Part shown: positions 40,815 through 52,057 of the stretch, one piece after another | Layout: each line of letters opens with the position of its first letter | How positions within the stretch are numbered: the stretch's first letter is position 1 | DNA from: Obrimoposthia wandeli | Lineage: Eukaryota | Assembly (NCBI GenBank): GCA_977020255.1 | Contig: CDROCS010002317.1 | Span: 1-64,000 of the forward strand | Direction: 5' to 3' | Length of the DNA stretch: 64,000 nucleotides | Translations under genes and position numbers: made by a program | The notes under the pieces: generated by a model | Told to the model about the DNA's origin: nothing | What the model saw: only the letters and a program-made list of their open reading frames with translations | Database searches by the model: none

Positions 40815-41651
40815 TCAGTTTAGTTTCTCTTCACCTAATAGTTCAGCCAGTTCACCCGAGCGACGATTAGCCGCATTTAAAGCGGCTTTGACGATATCGC
40901 GTAAATGCGCGCTTTCGAAGGTATTGATTGCTTGTTCTGTGGTGCCACCTGGCGAGGTTACGCGACGACGTAATTCTGCAGTATCAACATCACTTTCTTT
41001 CGCCATTTGTGCAGCGCCAATTGCGGTCTGAATAGTTAGTTCACTCGCCGTCTCACGGCTCAAACCGAGCTCAACACCGGCATCGATCATCGCTTCCATT
41101 AATAAGAAGTAATAAGCCGGGCCGCTGCCAGAAACTGCCGTTACCGCGTCTATTTCAGCTTCACTTTGAACCCACTGCACGATACCTGCTGCTTTAAGTA
41201 CCGTTTCAGCCAGATTTTTTTGTACCATAGAGGTATGTTCATTGGCGTATAGACCGCTCGCGCCTAACTGAATAAGAGATGGCGTATTAGGCATACAGCG
41301 AACGATCGCTTGCTCTTGTCCTAACCAACTTTGCAGTGAGAATAGATTAATGCCGGCGGCAATAGAAACAAACAGTGGTTGTTTCGCATCAGTCGTAATC
41401 GCCGAGGCAACGCTTAGCGCAACCATTTTCATCACTTGAGGTTTTACTGCTAATACTACAATATCAGCATCAGCCATGGCTGGGCCGCAGTCAGCAAATG
41501 CATTGATAGAGTATTGCTGTATTAATTGCTCGCGCTGCGATTCATTAGGATCACTCACGCTAATAGAATCTGCAGGATGACCTTGGGCGATTAAACCACC
41601 GATTAAGCTGGTGGCCATATTGCCGCCGCCGATAAAACAAATATTGCTCAT
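40815..41651 (-). CDS. proC: Pyrroline-5-carboxylate reductase
   Basis: IGGGNMA, RCMPNTP, SGSGPAY and VTSPGGTT motifs. Start MSNICF at 41651. Confidence 0.96.
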   Translation of the reverse strand: MSNICFIGGGNMATSLIGGLIAQGHPADSISVSDPNESQREQLIQQYSINAFADCGPAMADADIVVLAVKPQVMKMVALSVASAITTDAKQPLFVSIAAGINLFSLQSWLGQEQAIVRCMPNTPSLIQLGASGLYANEHTSMVQKNLAETVLKAAGIVQWVQSEAEIDAVTAVSGSGPAYYFLLMEAMIDAGVELGLSRETASELTIQTAIGAAQMAKESDVDTAELRRRVTSPGGTTEQAINTFESAHLRDIVKAALNAANRRSGELAELLGEEKLN

Positions 41652-41701
41652 GTAAATTCCTTTGCTCTCTTCAGCATGTATCAATCATGCTGTTATATTA
41701 A

Positions 41702-42388
41702 CTAATCACGTGCGCCAAAAATATCGGTGCCAATTCTGACCTGGCTGCTGCCGTGTTTTATCGCTAATTCTAAATCATTCGACATACCCATAGATAATAC
41801 GGTGCAGTGCGGATAATTGTTAGTCAGTTGTTTCAATAGCTCCTGCATCTCATCAAATTGTTCAGCGAGCTTATTTTCATCTTTAGTCGCTTCGGGAATA
41901 CACATCAAACCCTGTAATGATAATTGCGGCGACTGCTCAATAAATTTAGCAAACTTTTCAACGTCTTCTGGTGCTATTCCACTTTTTTGCTCTTCTCGAC
42001 TAATATTAACCTGAATCAGAACCTTCAATGGTGGTAATTCACTAGGACGTTGGTCGTTTAAGCGTTGAGCAATTTTCTCTCGGTCAAGGGTTTCTACCCA
42101 TTGAAAGTATTCGGCAATAATACGGGTTTTATTTGATTGAATTGGTCCAATGAAGTGCCATTCAATCTCCGTTAAATGCTTTAGATTGGTTATTTTTTCC
42201 ACTGCGTCTTGTAGGTAATTTTCCCCAAAAGAACGCTGGCCAAGTTGATACAGCGTTTCAACCATGTGAGCGGGTTTAGTTTTGCTTACCGCTAATAATG
42301 ATATTTCATCTTTTGAACGCTGTACTTGTTCACAAGCTGAGGAAATATGGGCCTTAACGTCTTGATATCGCTGCTCGAGTGTAGACAT
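41702..42388 (-). CDS. yggS: PLP homeostasis protein
   Basis: LLAVSKT, FGENYLQ, WHFIGPIQSNK, LSMGMS and VRIGTDIFG motifs. Confidence 0.96.
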   Translation of the reverse strand: MSTLEQRYQDVKAHISSACEQVQRSKDEISLLAVSKTKPAHMVETLYQLGQRSFGENYLQDAVEKITNLKHLTEIEWHFIGPIQSNKTRIIAEYFQWVETLDREKIAQRLNDQRPSELPPLKVLIQVNISREEQKSGIAPEDVEKFAKFIEQSPQLSLQGLMCIPEATKDENKLAEQFDEMQELLKQLTNNYPHCTVLSMGMSNDLELAIKHGSSQVRIGTDIFGARD

Positions 42389-42524
42389 TCTTTATAACTG
42401 CTTTAGGATTAGTTCATTGTTATTAGTTACAGTAGCGGATCATTATCTATACTGAACTTATATGTCCAGAATATGCGACACAAATTAGTATAAGCGAAAT
42501 CCCCGGTTAGGTTGAGGAACAAGT

Positions 42525-43559
42525 ATGGATATTACTGAGTTATTGGCATTTAGTGCGAAGCAAGGCGCTTCGGATCTACACTTATCAGCTGATATGCCGC
42601 CGATGATTCGAGTTGATGGTGATGTTCGCCGTATTAACTTGCCTGCATTGGATCATAAAGAAGTGCATTCTTTAGTCTATGAAATCATGAATGATAAGCA
42701 GCGTAAGGATTTTGAAGAATTCTTAGAGACCGACTTTTCGTTTGAGGTGCCTGGGGTTGCTCGTTTCCGTGTTAACGCGTTTAACCATAACCGCGGCGCT
42801 GGTGCAGTATTTCGTACCATTCCTTCAAAAATCCTAAGTATGGATGATTTGGGCATGGGCCAAATCTTTAAAGATTTGGCGATGACACCTCGGGGTCTTG
42901 TGCTAGTAACGGGGCCAACGGGCTCGGGTAAATCTACTACCCTAGCAGCCATGGTCGATTATATTAACGATACCAAATACGACCATATTTTAACCGTAGA
43001 AGATCCAATCGAATTCGTACACGAATCGAAAAAAAGTCTGGTTAACCAGCGTGAAGTTCATCGCGATACGCTTGGTTTTAACGAAGCACTTCGTTCAGCG
43101 TTACGTGAAGATCCCGATGTTATTCTTGTGGGCGAAATGCGAGATTTAGAAACGATTCGCTTAGCGTTATCGGCTGCAGAAACTGGACACATTGTATTTG
43201 GTACACTGCACACAAGTTCAGCGGCGAAGACCATTGACCGTATTGTTGATGTATTCCCTGCAGAAGAAAAATCAATGGTACGTTCGATGTTATCAGAGTC
43301 TTTACAGGGTGTGATCTCGCAAACCCTACTGAAGAAAACCGGTGGCGGTCGTATCGCGGCACATGAAATAATGATTGGCACACCTGCTATTCGTAACCTT
43401 ATTCGTGAAGCTAAAATTGCACAAATGTATTCCGCTATTCAAACCGGTGGTTCGTTGGGCATGCAGACGATGGACCAATGCCTACAGGTCATGTTGGGTA
43501 AAGGTTTGATCACGCGAGAAGTTGCTCGCGATAAAGCCAAGATGCCAGAAAATTTTTAA
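42525..43559 (+). CDS. pilT: Type IV pilus retraction ATPase PilT
   Basis: MDITELLAFS, GPTGSGKST, ALREDPD, TLHTSSA and AIRNLIRE motifs. Confidence 0.98.
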   Translation: MDITELLAFSAKQGASDLHLSADMPPMIRVDGDVRRINLPALDHKEVHSLVYEIMNDKQRKDFEEFLETDFSFEVPGVARFRVNAFNHNRGAGAVFRTIPSKILSMDDLGMGQIFKDLAMTPRGLVLVTGPTGSGKSTTLAAMVDYINDTKYDHILTVEDPIEFVHESKKSLVNQREVHRDTLGFNEALRSALREDPDVILVGEMRDLETIRLALSAAETGHIVFGTLHTSSAAKTIDRIVDVFPAEEKSMVRSMLSESLQGVISQTLLKKTGGGRIAAHEIMIGTPAIRNLIREAKIAQMYSAIQTGGSLGMQTMDQCLQVMLGKGLITREVARDKAKMPENF

Positions 43560-43606
43560 TCGTGATTAATACACACAGTTTATTTATACGTTCGGAGTTA
43601 TAGCTC

Positions 43607-44722
43607 ATGTCGATGGAAAAGTTCTTGCGGGTCATGGTGGACAAAGGCGCCTCTGACTTATTTATCACCGCGGGAGTTCCAGCCTCTATTAAAGTGCATG
43701 GTCGAATCATGCCTTTAACCAAGAGTCCTCTAGCGGCAGAACAGAGCCGAGATATTGTTTTAGGTTTGATGAATCAGCGCCAGCGCGATGAATTTGATGA
43801 ACATAAAGAATGCAACTTTGCGATTAATGCGACAGGCATTGGCCGCTTCCGAGCGAGTGCTTTTTATCAGCGAAATGTCATCGGTATGGTATTGCGTCGT
43901 ATCGAAACGAAGATTCCTTCTGTTGATGAACTAGGTTTGCCTGATGTCGTTAAAGAATTAGCCATGGGGAAGCGTGGTTTGATTCTGTTTGTGGGTGCAA
44001 CGGGGGCGGGTAAGTCGACCTCTTTGGCAGCCATGATTGGTCACCGTAATTGTAATAGTAAAGGCCACATTTTAAGCGTTGAAGACCCCATTGAGTTTAT
44101 TCATCAGCATCAAGGTTGTATTGTTACCCAGAGAGAAGTAGGGCTGGATACAGAAACGTTTGAAATTGGTTTGAAGAATGCTCTGCGACAAGCTCCAGAC
44201 GTTATTATGATTGGTGAAGTCCGCAGCTCAGATGTTATGTCGAACGCACTGACATTTGCTGAAACAGGACACTTAGCATTAGCGACGCTGCACGCGAATA
44301 ATGCGAACCAAGCCTTGGATCGAGTATTACACTTTTTTCCACCTGAGCGTCATGCTCAGGTTTGGATGGATTTATCACTTAACCTTCGAGCGATTGTTGC
44401 CCAGCAGTTGATTCCAACGCCTGATGGAAAAGGTCGACGAGCGGTTGTCGAAGTCTTGATTAATACTCCTCTAGTATCCGATATGATTCGTAAAGGCGAA
44501 GTTCATGAGTTGAAAGGTTTGATGAATCGTCACAACGATGAAGGTATGCAGACTTTTGACCAAGCACTCTATGCTTTGTATGAGTCGGGTGAAATTACTT
44601 ATGAGGATGCAATTTCTCATGCGGATTCACCGAATGATTTACGCTTGATGATTAAGCTAGGTTCCGAGACGGACGTAGATCAATTAGACGGTGCAACAAA
44701 GGGCCTAACATTGCAGGATTAA
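43607..44722 (+). CDS. pilU: Type IV pilus retraction ATPase PilU
   Basis: GATGAGKSTS, ALRQAPD and TLHANNANQA motifs. Confidence 0.96.
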   Translation: MSMEKFLRVMVDKGASDLFITAGVPASIKVHGRIMPLTKSPLAAEQSRDIVLGLMNQRQRDEFDEHKECNFAINATGIGRFRASAFYQRNVIGMVLRRIETKIPSVDELGLPDVVKELAMGKRGLILFVGATGAGKSTSLAAMIGHRNCNSKGHILSVEDPIEFIHQHQGCIVTQREVGLDTETFEIGLKNALRQAPDVIMIGEVRSSDVMSNALTFAETGHLALATLHANNANQALDRVLHFFPPERHAQVWMDLSLNLRAIVAQQLIPTPDGKGRRAVVEVLINTPLVSDMIRKGEVHELKGLMNRHNDEGMQTFDQALYALYESGEITYEDAISHADSPNDLRLMIKLGSETDVDQLDGATKGLTLQD

Positions 44723-44770
44723 TTCTGTATGAACTATTATGAACAGACCTTTATATGAGTAAAATGTAGA

Positions 44771-47700
44771 TTGGGATTATCACATAAAATATTAACAACG
44801 TTGGCTGGTGGGCGCTTACGAAGTTGGTGGCTGCCAGGGCTATTGGTATTGTTTTTAATTCCATTAAGCCAAAGTAATTTCTTACTTTTCCATACTCTAG
44901 TAGAGTTCTTTGCTGTGATCGTCGCAGTCTTCAGTGCGATTGTCGCTTGGTATACCTATGCACTGGCAAAAAATCAATTTTTGCTTCTTTTGGGCTGTGG
45001 GTATTTCTTTGTGGGCGGGCTTGATCTCGCACATACCCTTTCCTTCAATGGCTTGCCTTTCTTTGATGATGACTCAGGTAATATGAGTATTCAGCTTTGG
45101 ATTATTGCTCGTTTTTTTGAAGCGATTCTTCTATTGATGGCTCCATTATTCATTAACGCAGATTTTCGACCACGTAATCTTATGCTTGTGCTCACGAGCA
45201 GTATGTTATTGCTTCTTTGGGCTGTAGCTCAAGATTGGTTTCCGGCTTTTTATGTTGCAGGGAAAGGTTTGACCCTGACTAAAATCATTTCGGAATATGT
45301 AATTATTGTCTTATTGATAGGGGCGCTGTTTACCTTCTGGCAAGCAAAGCAAGAAATTGAACGTAGTAATTTCATTCTCATAATTATCTCTATCACATTA
45401 ACTATTTTCGCCGAGTACTCTTTTACCCTCTATAGCGAATTTAGTGGGGTAATGATAGTACTTGGGCATATGTTGAAGTTACTTTCATATTGGGCTATTT
45501 ACGTCGTTTTAATTGAGTCGAGTTTACGTACGCCATTTCTAAGTCTTGCTCGAGCGGCCAATACTTATGATGCAGTACCTGATGAAACCTTAGTGGTTGA
45601 TAGAGAGGGTTATATTCGACAAGTCAATGCAGCGGTTCGACGTAATATGCCTCATCCAGAAAATGCGGTTGGCAGCCGTTGTCATCTCTTGCAGCATGAC
45701 CCTAAAATTAGTGAAGAGAATTGTCAGATCTGTCGCAGCATTAAGGCGGGAGAGATTCTAACGAGTAGTGAATTTCTGATTGAGCAGCAGCAAGAGTGGT
45801 TTGAGGTTACGTTATCTCCCATAAGCCATGGGGAAAAATCGTTAGCAATGGTTCATGTTCGTAGAAATATTACGGTCGTGAAAGAAGCTCAGGCACGTTC
45901 AGAGGTATTCAATCGATTATATACAGTACTGAGCCATACCAATAAGGCAATTGCGGACGCGAGTTCGCGGCAAATGATGTTTACCGACATCTGTGATATT
46001 GCCGTACGCTACGGTGGCTTTAAAATGTCTTGGATTGGTTTGATTCATAACCACGTGGTTAAGCCTCAGGTACACGCAGGAGATGAATCCGGGTATTTAA
46101 GGACGATGGAAATTCGTGTTGATGATTCTGCACTTGCCCGTGGCCCTGTGGGAAGAGCAGCCAAGAATAATCAAGTGCATTGCGTTAATAATACTCTGCT
46201 GGATCCTGATTTTTCCCCTTGGCGAGATGCGGCAGAGGACCGAGGATATGCTGCTTTAGCCGCTGTTCCTTTGAGTGTTAATGGCAAGGTCGTAGGTATT
46301 TACGCTATTTATTCGGAGTTGCCGGATGTTTTTGATGACAAAATGTTATCTTTACTAGGGTCTCTAGGGCGAGACATTAGCGGTGCAATTTTGCGGTTGC
46401 AGGAACGACAAAAGAGAGATCAAACGGAAGCAAAAATTCAACAGTTATCACAAGTAGTTGAGCAAAATGCTCATGCCATATTGATTACTGATATTAATTA
46501 TAGAATTGAGTATGCCAATAGAGCCTTTACGGTATTAACCGGCTATCTTCAGCAAGAGCTGATTAATAAAACGCCGGCAATATTGCACAGTCATTATACG
46601 GATGATGATACTCAAAATGAGATCAGTCGTACTATTAAAGCGGGTAGAGAATGGAGTGGCCAAATACGCAACCAGCGTAAAGATGGTTCATTATATTGGG
46701 CGCTGCAATCGATTACTCCTATTAAAAATGACGATGGAGAAGTGACGCACTATGTATCAACGTCGGAAGATAATACGGACTTACACGATGCTCAGCAGAC
46801 AATTGAGCAGCTTGCATTTTATGATCCTTTAACCAATCTACCCAATCGACGTTTGTTATCAGATCGTTTACAGCAAGCATTAGAGCATGCGCAACGCTAT
46901 CAAGATCAAATCGTTGCGGTCATGGTATTTGATTTAGATAATTTCAAAACGGTGAATGATTCTTTAGGTCATAATTATGGCGATGATTTATTAAAGCATG
47001 TGGCGCAAATATTTCAGTCGCAAGTGCGTAGTGAAGATACGGTCTCTCGCCAAGGTGGAGATGAATTTACCATTATCTTAGCCGGTATGAAGCAGATCGA
47101 AAAGATAGCGGATATTGCTGATAATATTTTGCAAAAACTATCACAGCCAATCAATTTATCGGGTCATCAAGTTGTCATCGGAACGAGTATCGGCATAGCT
47201 GTTTATCCTAATGATGCGAATAGTTATGATGAACTATTACGTAATGCTGATATGGCGATGTATCACGCTAAAGATGAAGGCAAAAACAATTTCCAGTTCT
47301 TTATGCCGGAAATGAACAAGCAAGCTCACAACCGATTGTTGCTAGAAAACAAATTACGCAATGCTATTGAAAAAAATCATTTCCAGCTTTTTTATCAACC
47401 ACAAATTGATTTGAAAACGGGCGATATTATTGGCACAGAAGCGTTAATTCGTTGGTTCGATCCTGAACAGGGAATGATCTCTCCCGCTGAATTTATTCCG
47501 TTAGCTGAAGATACAGGATTGATTGGCCAAATTGGTGATTGGGTCATCGAGGCTGCGTGCCGCGATATGAAAGCTTTGCATGCGAAAGGTTTTCCTCAGC
47601 TTAAAGTCGCCATTAATGTGTCAGCCTTTCAGTTCCGCCACGGTAAACACTTAACTGAGGTCATTCGTAAAACGTTAGAGCAATATCAATACCCGGCAGA

Positions 47701-48115
47701 ACTATTAGCGCTTGAACTCACGGAAAGCATCTTAATCGACGATATTAAAGAAACGCTTAGCGTATTGAACAGTATGCGTAGTTTAGGCATTACTTTAGCG
47801 ATTGATGATTTTGGGACGGGCTATTCGTCGCTTAGTTATTTGAAGCAATTTCCGATTGATATATTAAAAATCGATCAATCTTTCATTCGAGATATCACGA
47901 CAGATGCGAGTGATAAAGCGATTGTAAGCGCTATTATTGCCATGGCTCAGCAGCTTGATATTGATGTGTTGGCAGAAGGGGTTGAAACGGCAGAGCACCA
48001 AGCCTTTTTACAAAGCCAAGGCTGTGATTATGTGCAGGGTTATCTATATTGTAAGCCGATTCCCGCAGACGAATTATTTGAACGTTGGCAAAAAAATGAG
48101 CTTACGTTTAAGTAA
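44771..48115 (+). CDS. MASE3-PAS-GAF-PAS-GGDEF-EAL c-di-GMP signalling protein
   Basis: MASE3-type N-terminus (NFLLFHTLVEFFAV, about 7 TM); YDPLTNLPNR, DLDNFK and intact GGDEF; intact EAL, ELTE and IDDFGTGYSS. Confidence 0.9.
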   Translation: MGLSHKILTTLAGGRLRSWWLPGLLVLFLIPLSQSNFLLFHTLVEFFAVIVAVFSAIVAWYTYALAKNQFLLLLGCGYFFVGGLDLAHTLSFNGLPFFDDDSGNMSIQLWIIARFFEAILLLMAPLFINADFRPRNLMLVLTSSMLLLLWAVAQDWFPAFYVAGKGLTLTKIISEYVIIVLLIGALFTFWQAKQEIERSNFILIIISITLTIFAEYSFTLYSEFSGVMIVLGHMLKLLSYWAIYVVLIESSLRTPFLSLARAANTYDAVPDETLVVDREGYIRQVNAAVRRNMPHPENAVGSRCHLLQHDPKISEENCQICRSIKAGEILTSSEFLIEQQQEWFEVTLSPISHGEKSLAMVHVRRNITVVKEAQARSEVFNRLYTVLSHTNKAIADASSRQMMFTDICDIAVRYGGFKMSWIGLIHNHVVKPQVHAGDESGYLRTMEIRVDDSALARGPVGRAAKNNQVHCVNNTLLDPDFSPWRDAAEDRGYAALAAVPLSVNGKVVGIYAIYSELPDVFDDKMLSLLGSLGRDISGAILRLQERQKRDQTEAKIQQLSQVVEQNAHAILITDINYRIEYANRAFTVLTGYLQQELINKTPAILHSHYTDDDTQNEISRTIKAGREWSGQIRNQRKDGSLYWALQSITPIKNDDGEVTHYVSTSEDNTDLHDAQQTIEQLAFYDPLTNLPNRRLLSDRLQQALEHAQRYQDQIVAVMVFDLDNFKTVNDSLGHNYGDDLLKHVAQIFQSQVRSEDTVSRQGGDEFTIILAGMKQIEKIADIADNILQKLSQPINLSGHQVVIGTSIGIAVYPNDANSYDELLRNADMAMYHAKDEGKNNFQFFMPEMNKQAHNRLLLENKLRNAIEKNHFQLFYQPQIDLKTGDIIGTEALIRWFDPEQGMISPAEFIPLAEDTGLIGQIGDWVIEAACRDMKALHAKGFPQLKVAINVSAFQFRHGKHLTEVIRKTLEQYQYPAELLALELTESILIDDIKETLSVLNSMRSLGITLAIDDFGTGYSSLSYLKQFPIDILKIDQSFIRDITTDASDKAIVSAIIAMAQQLDIDVLAEGVETAEHQAFLQSQGCDYVQGYLYCKPIPADELFERWQKNELTFK

Positions 48116-48173
48116 GCTCATTCTTAATATGACAGTGATGTGGATTAAACAGCGACCCTTACAGGGCACCTAC

Positions 48174-49421
48174 TTATGCGCGGTAGATTTCACGTCCAGC
48201 ACTTAACGTAAGCTTTACTTCCCCGACGAGTGAATCACCCAACACAGGGCTATTTTTTCCTGACGAAGCAAGGGTGTCTACGCTATAACAAATCTCAGCA
48301 GTTTGATTAACCACGACGAGATTGGCAGGCTGCTTTAATTGCAGGCCTTCTTGCATGCCTAAAATCTTTGCTGGTAAAATTGAACTCGCGTTGACGACAG
48401 CGCTTAGCTCTAGCTCACCTTTATTGACCAATGTCAGCATCATCGATAACCAAGTATCTAGAATGCTCATGCCAGGTTCAGCTGCTGCAAAGGGTGCTTT
48501 CTTGGCCGCAATATCTTGAGCTTTATGATTAGAGCAAATCGCAAGGGTGCCATCATTAACGCCTGCAAGAAGCGCCTGGCGATCTTGTTCGCTGCGTAAT
48601 GGCGGTTGAACATAGAAAGTACTATCAAAACCATTCACATCAATATCCGTAAACATTAAGTTGGCAATGGCAACATCAGCAGTTACAGGCAAGTCTTGGG
48701 ATTGTGCTTGGCGAATCATTTCAACGGAGCGACCACAGCTAAGTTGGCTAAAATGAACACGGCAACCCGTCAGCTCAACCAATAGAAGTTGTTGAGCAAG
48801 AGATGTAGTTTCTGCAATTTCAGCAATGCCGGTAAGGCCTAAGCGATTAGCGGTTGGACCTTCATGCATTTTACCATTGGCACTAAGATCAAAGTCTTCT
48901 GCCGTTAGCATGATTAACATGTCATGAGTTGTTGCGTATTCCATTATACGACGTAGGACTAATGCGTTTTTAATCGGTGCGCGGGCATTTGAGAGCGCGA
49001 CACATCCAGCTTGTTTAAGGCTGTACATGTTTGCCAGTTGGTCGCCTTCTAAGTTTTGAGTCAGTGCGCCGATAGGCAGTAAACGACTGCGGTTGGCTTT
49101 TGCGGATGCTTGCTGCAATAAACTCACATTGGCGGGGGTATCAATCAGGGGCTTGCTGTTGGGTTGGGTGCAAAGGTGGGTAATGCCTCCCTTTGCCGCA
49201 GCCAATGTTTCACTGAATACATTATCAATATGGGCACTGAGATCTATTAATCCAGGAATTAATAATGAATTTCCAGCATTAAATTCTGGATTCTCTAAGG
49301 CTGACTCGCCTGCTGGAGAAATGGCTTCAATCATGCCAAATTCGATAATAACATCGCTAAGTTGGTTGAGACCTTGGCTTGGATCGAGTACTTGAGCATG
49401 GGTTAGGGTTATTGTACTCAT
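48174..49421 (-). CDS. pyrC': Dihydroorotase-like protein, probably non-catalytic PyrC' partner of ATCase
   Basis: Amidohydrolase fold with DLSAH in place of HxH and SNH in place of SDH; follows pyrB as P. aeruginosa PA0401 does. Confidence 0.85.
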   Translation of the reverse strand: MSTITLTHAQVLDPSQGLNQLSDVIIEFGMIEAISPAGESALENPEFNAGNSLLIPGLIDLSAHIDNVFSETLAAAKGGITHLCTQPNSKPLIDTPANVSLLQQASAKANRSRLLPIGALTQNLEGDQLANMYSLKQAGCVALSNARAPIKNALVLRRIMEYATTHDMLIMLTAEDFDLSANGKMHEGPTANRLGLTGIAEIAETTSLAQQLLLVELTGCRVHFSQLSCGRSVEMIRQAQSQDLPVTADVAIANLMFTDIDVNGFDSTFYVQPPLRSEQDRQALLAGVNDGTLAICSNHKAQDIAAKKAPFAAAEPGMSILDTWLSMMLTLVNKGELELSAVVNASSILPAKILGMQEGLQLKQPANLVVVNQTAEICYSVDTLASSGKNSPVLGDSLVGEVKLTLSAGREIYRA

Positions 49422-50464
49422 GCTGTCGCTCCAGGCTCTAAAGATTCAGAGCTATCGTTATTTAGTTTTTTTGCTGCTAAGTTTTGCTGCTCAGCAACTT
49501 GGCCACTCATCGCCATCGCCATTACAGCCATGCGAACCGCAATGCCGTAACTTACTTGATTTAGAATGACGGACTGCGCACCATCAGCAACAGCAGAATC
49601 AATTTCAACCCCGCGATTGATCGGGCCGGGATGCATAACAATGGCATCTGGCTTGGCAATCGCCAATTTAGCTTCGGTCAGACCATACAGTTTAAAATAT
49701 TCACCTTCGCTTGGAAGGAGTGCATCTGACATGCGTTCTTTTTGTAAACGCAGCATGATGACTACGTCCACGTCCTTTAAACCCTGTTCCATGTCGAAAA
49801 ATATTTTAGCGCCAAGATCTTCCATCTCTTTTGGCACTAGAGTCGCTGGGCCAATTACTCTGATCTCTTTTGCGCCTAGAGTTATTAGAGCGTGAATCTG
49901 TGAGCGAGCAACACGGGAATGCAAAATATCGCCAACAATCGCGACGATCTGTCCTTCAATCGCGCCTTTATGGCGGCGAATGGTTAGCATGTCTAGCATG
50001 GCTTGGGTCGGGTGAGCGTGTCGGCCATCCCCTGCATTAATAATGGCAACCCCTGGGGTAACTTGTTCGGCAATGAAATGCGCTGCGCCACTGTCGGCAT
50101 GACGAACGACAAACATGTCGCTATACATGGCTTCTAAATTCCACAGGGTATCCATTAAGGTTTCACCCTTGGACGTTGCAGAGCGAGCAATGTCTAAATT
50201 GAGAATGTCTGCGCTTAAACGCTTGGCGGCGAGTTCGAAGGTTGAGCGAGTACGGGTAGAGTTTTCAAAAAATAGATTAACCACGGTTTTGCCGCGTAAC
50301 AGAGGCACCTTTTTAACCGCACGTTCTTGAGTGCTAATAAACGAATCGGCAAGATCAAGAATTTCAGTCAATAGCGTTTTGCTTAAGCCTTCTGTGGTTA
50401 AAAAGTGCTTTAGGCGGCCGTCGGCAGTGAGCTGAACTTGGGTTGGATCGGAGTGGCGGGTCAT
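49418..50464 (-). CDS. pyrB: Aspartate carbamoyltransferase catalytic subunit
   Basis: [28 protein letters not shown] and HPGPINR motifs. Confidence 0.98.
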   Translation of the reverse strand: MTRHSDPTQVQLTADGRLKHFLTTEGLSKTLLTEILDLADSFISTQERAVKKVPLLRGKTVVNLFFENSTRTRSTFELAAKRLSADILNLDIARSATSKGETLMDTLWNLEAMYSDMFVVRHADSGAAHFIAEQVTPGVAIINAGDGRHAHPTQAMLDMLTIRRHKGAIEGQIVAIVGDILHSRVARSQIHALITLGAKEIRVIGPATLVPKEMEDLGAKIFFDMEQGLKDVDVVIMLRLQKERMSDALLPSEGEYFKLYGLTEAKLAIAKPDAIVMHPGPINRGVEIDSAVADGAQSVILNQVSYGIAVRMAVMAMAMSGQVAEQQNLAAKKLNNDSSESLEPGATA

Positions 50465-50516
50465 AATTAATAACTCATAATTTCTAAAGCTTCAGCTGAA
50501 GCATAATGACGAACGG

Positions 50517-51038
50517 TTAACCAAAGGTCAGTGCTAACGGAATCGGTCCGGATAACTTTATTTTTTGATCTGCGGCCAAGGTCAGCTTCGCTCCGACTAA
50601 GTCCGCTTGGATGGGTAGCTGGCGCTGACCAATATCCAATAAGCTAACTAGGTGAATGCTGGTCGGTCGCCCATAGTCAAAAATTTCGTTCATCGCCGCG
50701 CGAATGGTGCGGCCGCTCATTAATACGTCATCGACTAAGATGATGGCGCGATCTTCGATGGAGTCCGGTAGCTCTGAGCCTTTTGCTTGTGTGCTAAGGC
50801 CACGCTCGTCAAAGTCATCACGATAAAAACTAATATCTAAAATGCCCAGTTCAGGTAATTCTAAAGCGGTTTGCAAACGCTGTGCTAGCCATGCTCCACC
50901 GGTACGAATACCAATTAATAGCGGTTGCTGTAAGTTCTTTTGATTAATAAGCTGCTTAACATCAAGCACTAGTTGCTGACAAAGAGCTTCTGCATCGGGC
51001 AAATTGTTATTGGAAAGTTCTGGGGCTGATATTGTCAT
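50517..51038 (-). CDS. pyrR: PyrR (UPRTase-fold regulator)
   Basis: GIRTGG, LDISFYRDD, LVDDVLMSGRTIRAA and LPIQAD motifs. Confidence 0.93.
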   Translation of the reverse strand: MTISAPELSNNNLPDAEALCQQLVLDVKQLINQKNLQQPLLIGIRTGGAWLAQRLQTALELPELGILDISFYRDDFDERGLSTQAKGSELPDSIEDRAIILVDDVLMSGRTIRAAMNEIFDYGRPTSIHLVSLLDIGQRQLPIQADLVGAKLTLAADQKIKLSGPIPLALTFG

Positions 51039-51050
51039 TTCGTTAGATCC

Positions 51051-51491
51051 TTATTCGCTTTCTTCAGACTGATACTGAGTCAGGAAGCTTTCTAAAATGA
51101 GTTGTGCTGCGATGCCATCAACGGAGTTCTCACCGAAATTACGATTTCCGCCCATCTCGATGACGATCCCTTTTGCTTCATAGCTAGTGAGTCGCTCGTC
51201 ATGGGTAAATGAAGGACGATGAAAGCGGCCTTCTAGACGATTGGCAAACTTATTAGCGCGGCGGCTAAGGTCGCTTGGAGTGCCATCCATATTGAGTGGC
51301 AAGCCAGTTAAAAAAGCTTGGGGTTTCCATTCTTCAATAATTTTACCGAGCTGTTCCCAGTTAGGGACTCCATCGCGTGCTTTGATCGGCTCAATAGGTG
51401 TCGCTTTTCCCGTAATGCGTTGGCCAACGGCGATGCCGATGCGTTGGGTGCCAAAGTCGAAGGCCATCCAGTGATCATAAACTTGTGCCAT
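51051..51491 (-). CDS. yqgF: YqgF/RuvX pre-16S rRNA nuclease
   Basis: AFDFGTQRIGIAVG, GLPLNMDG, DERLTS and DGIAA motifs. Confidence 0.95.
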   Translation of the reverse strand: MAQVYDHWMAFDFGTQRIGIAVGQRITGKATPIEPIKARDGVPNWEQLGKIIEEWKPQAFLTGLPLNMDGTPSDLSRRANKFANRLEGRFHRPSFTHDERLTSYEAKGIVIEMGGNRNFGENSVDGIAAQLILESFLTQYQSEESE

Positions 51492-52057
51492 TATGCGTGA
51501 CCTGCATCTGAGCTGAGGAAACCTTCATCAATGCCTAGCAGTTTAAGTGCGGCTTGATACATTTTATCGGCAGGTGTATTGAAAATTATATTCTCGTCGG
51601 CTTCGACGGTTATCCAAGAGTTGTCTAGAAGCTCTTGCTCTAACTGACCAGGATCCCAGCCAGCATAACCTAAAGCGACCTTATATTTTTTTGGTCCTGT
51701 CCCTTGGGCTAAGGAGGTCAGGATATCTTTGGAGGTACTGACGTGAATGTCGTCGCTAACTGACAGTGTTGAGCGCCAATCGCCTTTCTCTAAATGAAGG
51801 ATGAAACCATGATCTTGATGAACAGGACCTCCCAGTAATACCGGGTGGTCATGACCATGGGCGCCTTCGATTTCTAACTGATCGAGAACTTCGTGAAGAT
51901 TGAGGTCGGTAGGCTGGTTAATGACGATCCCCATAGCACCGTCGCCATCATGGTTACAGATGTAAGTGATGCTGTGTTCGAAAGGCGTATCTTTGAGTGT
52001 AGGCATCGCAATTAAGAAGTGGTGTTTTAAACTGCTGAAAGACTCGGTCGCAGCCAT
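51491..52057 (-). CDS. algH: YqgE/AlgH family protein
   Basis: HFLIAMP, GAMGIVINQP, GGPV and GYAGW motifs. Confidence 0.95.
   Translation of the reverse strand: MAATESFSSLKHHFLIAMPTLKDTPFEHSITYICNHDGDGAMGIVINQPTDLNLHEVLDQLEIEGAHGHDHPVLLGGPVHQDHGFILHLEKGDWRSTLSVSDDIHVSTSKDILTSLAQGTGPKKYKVALGYAGWDPGQLEQELLDNSWITVEADENIIFNTPADKMYQAALKLLGIDEGFLSSDAGHA

Noticed and set aside
42453-42482. sigmaE promoter for pilT (GAACTT)
   Set aside because: The -35 matches but no convincing TCTGA/TCAAA -10 at 16-17 bp.
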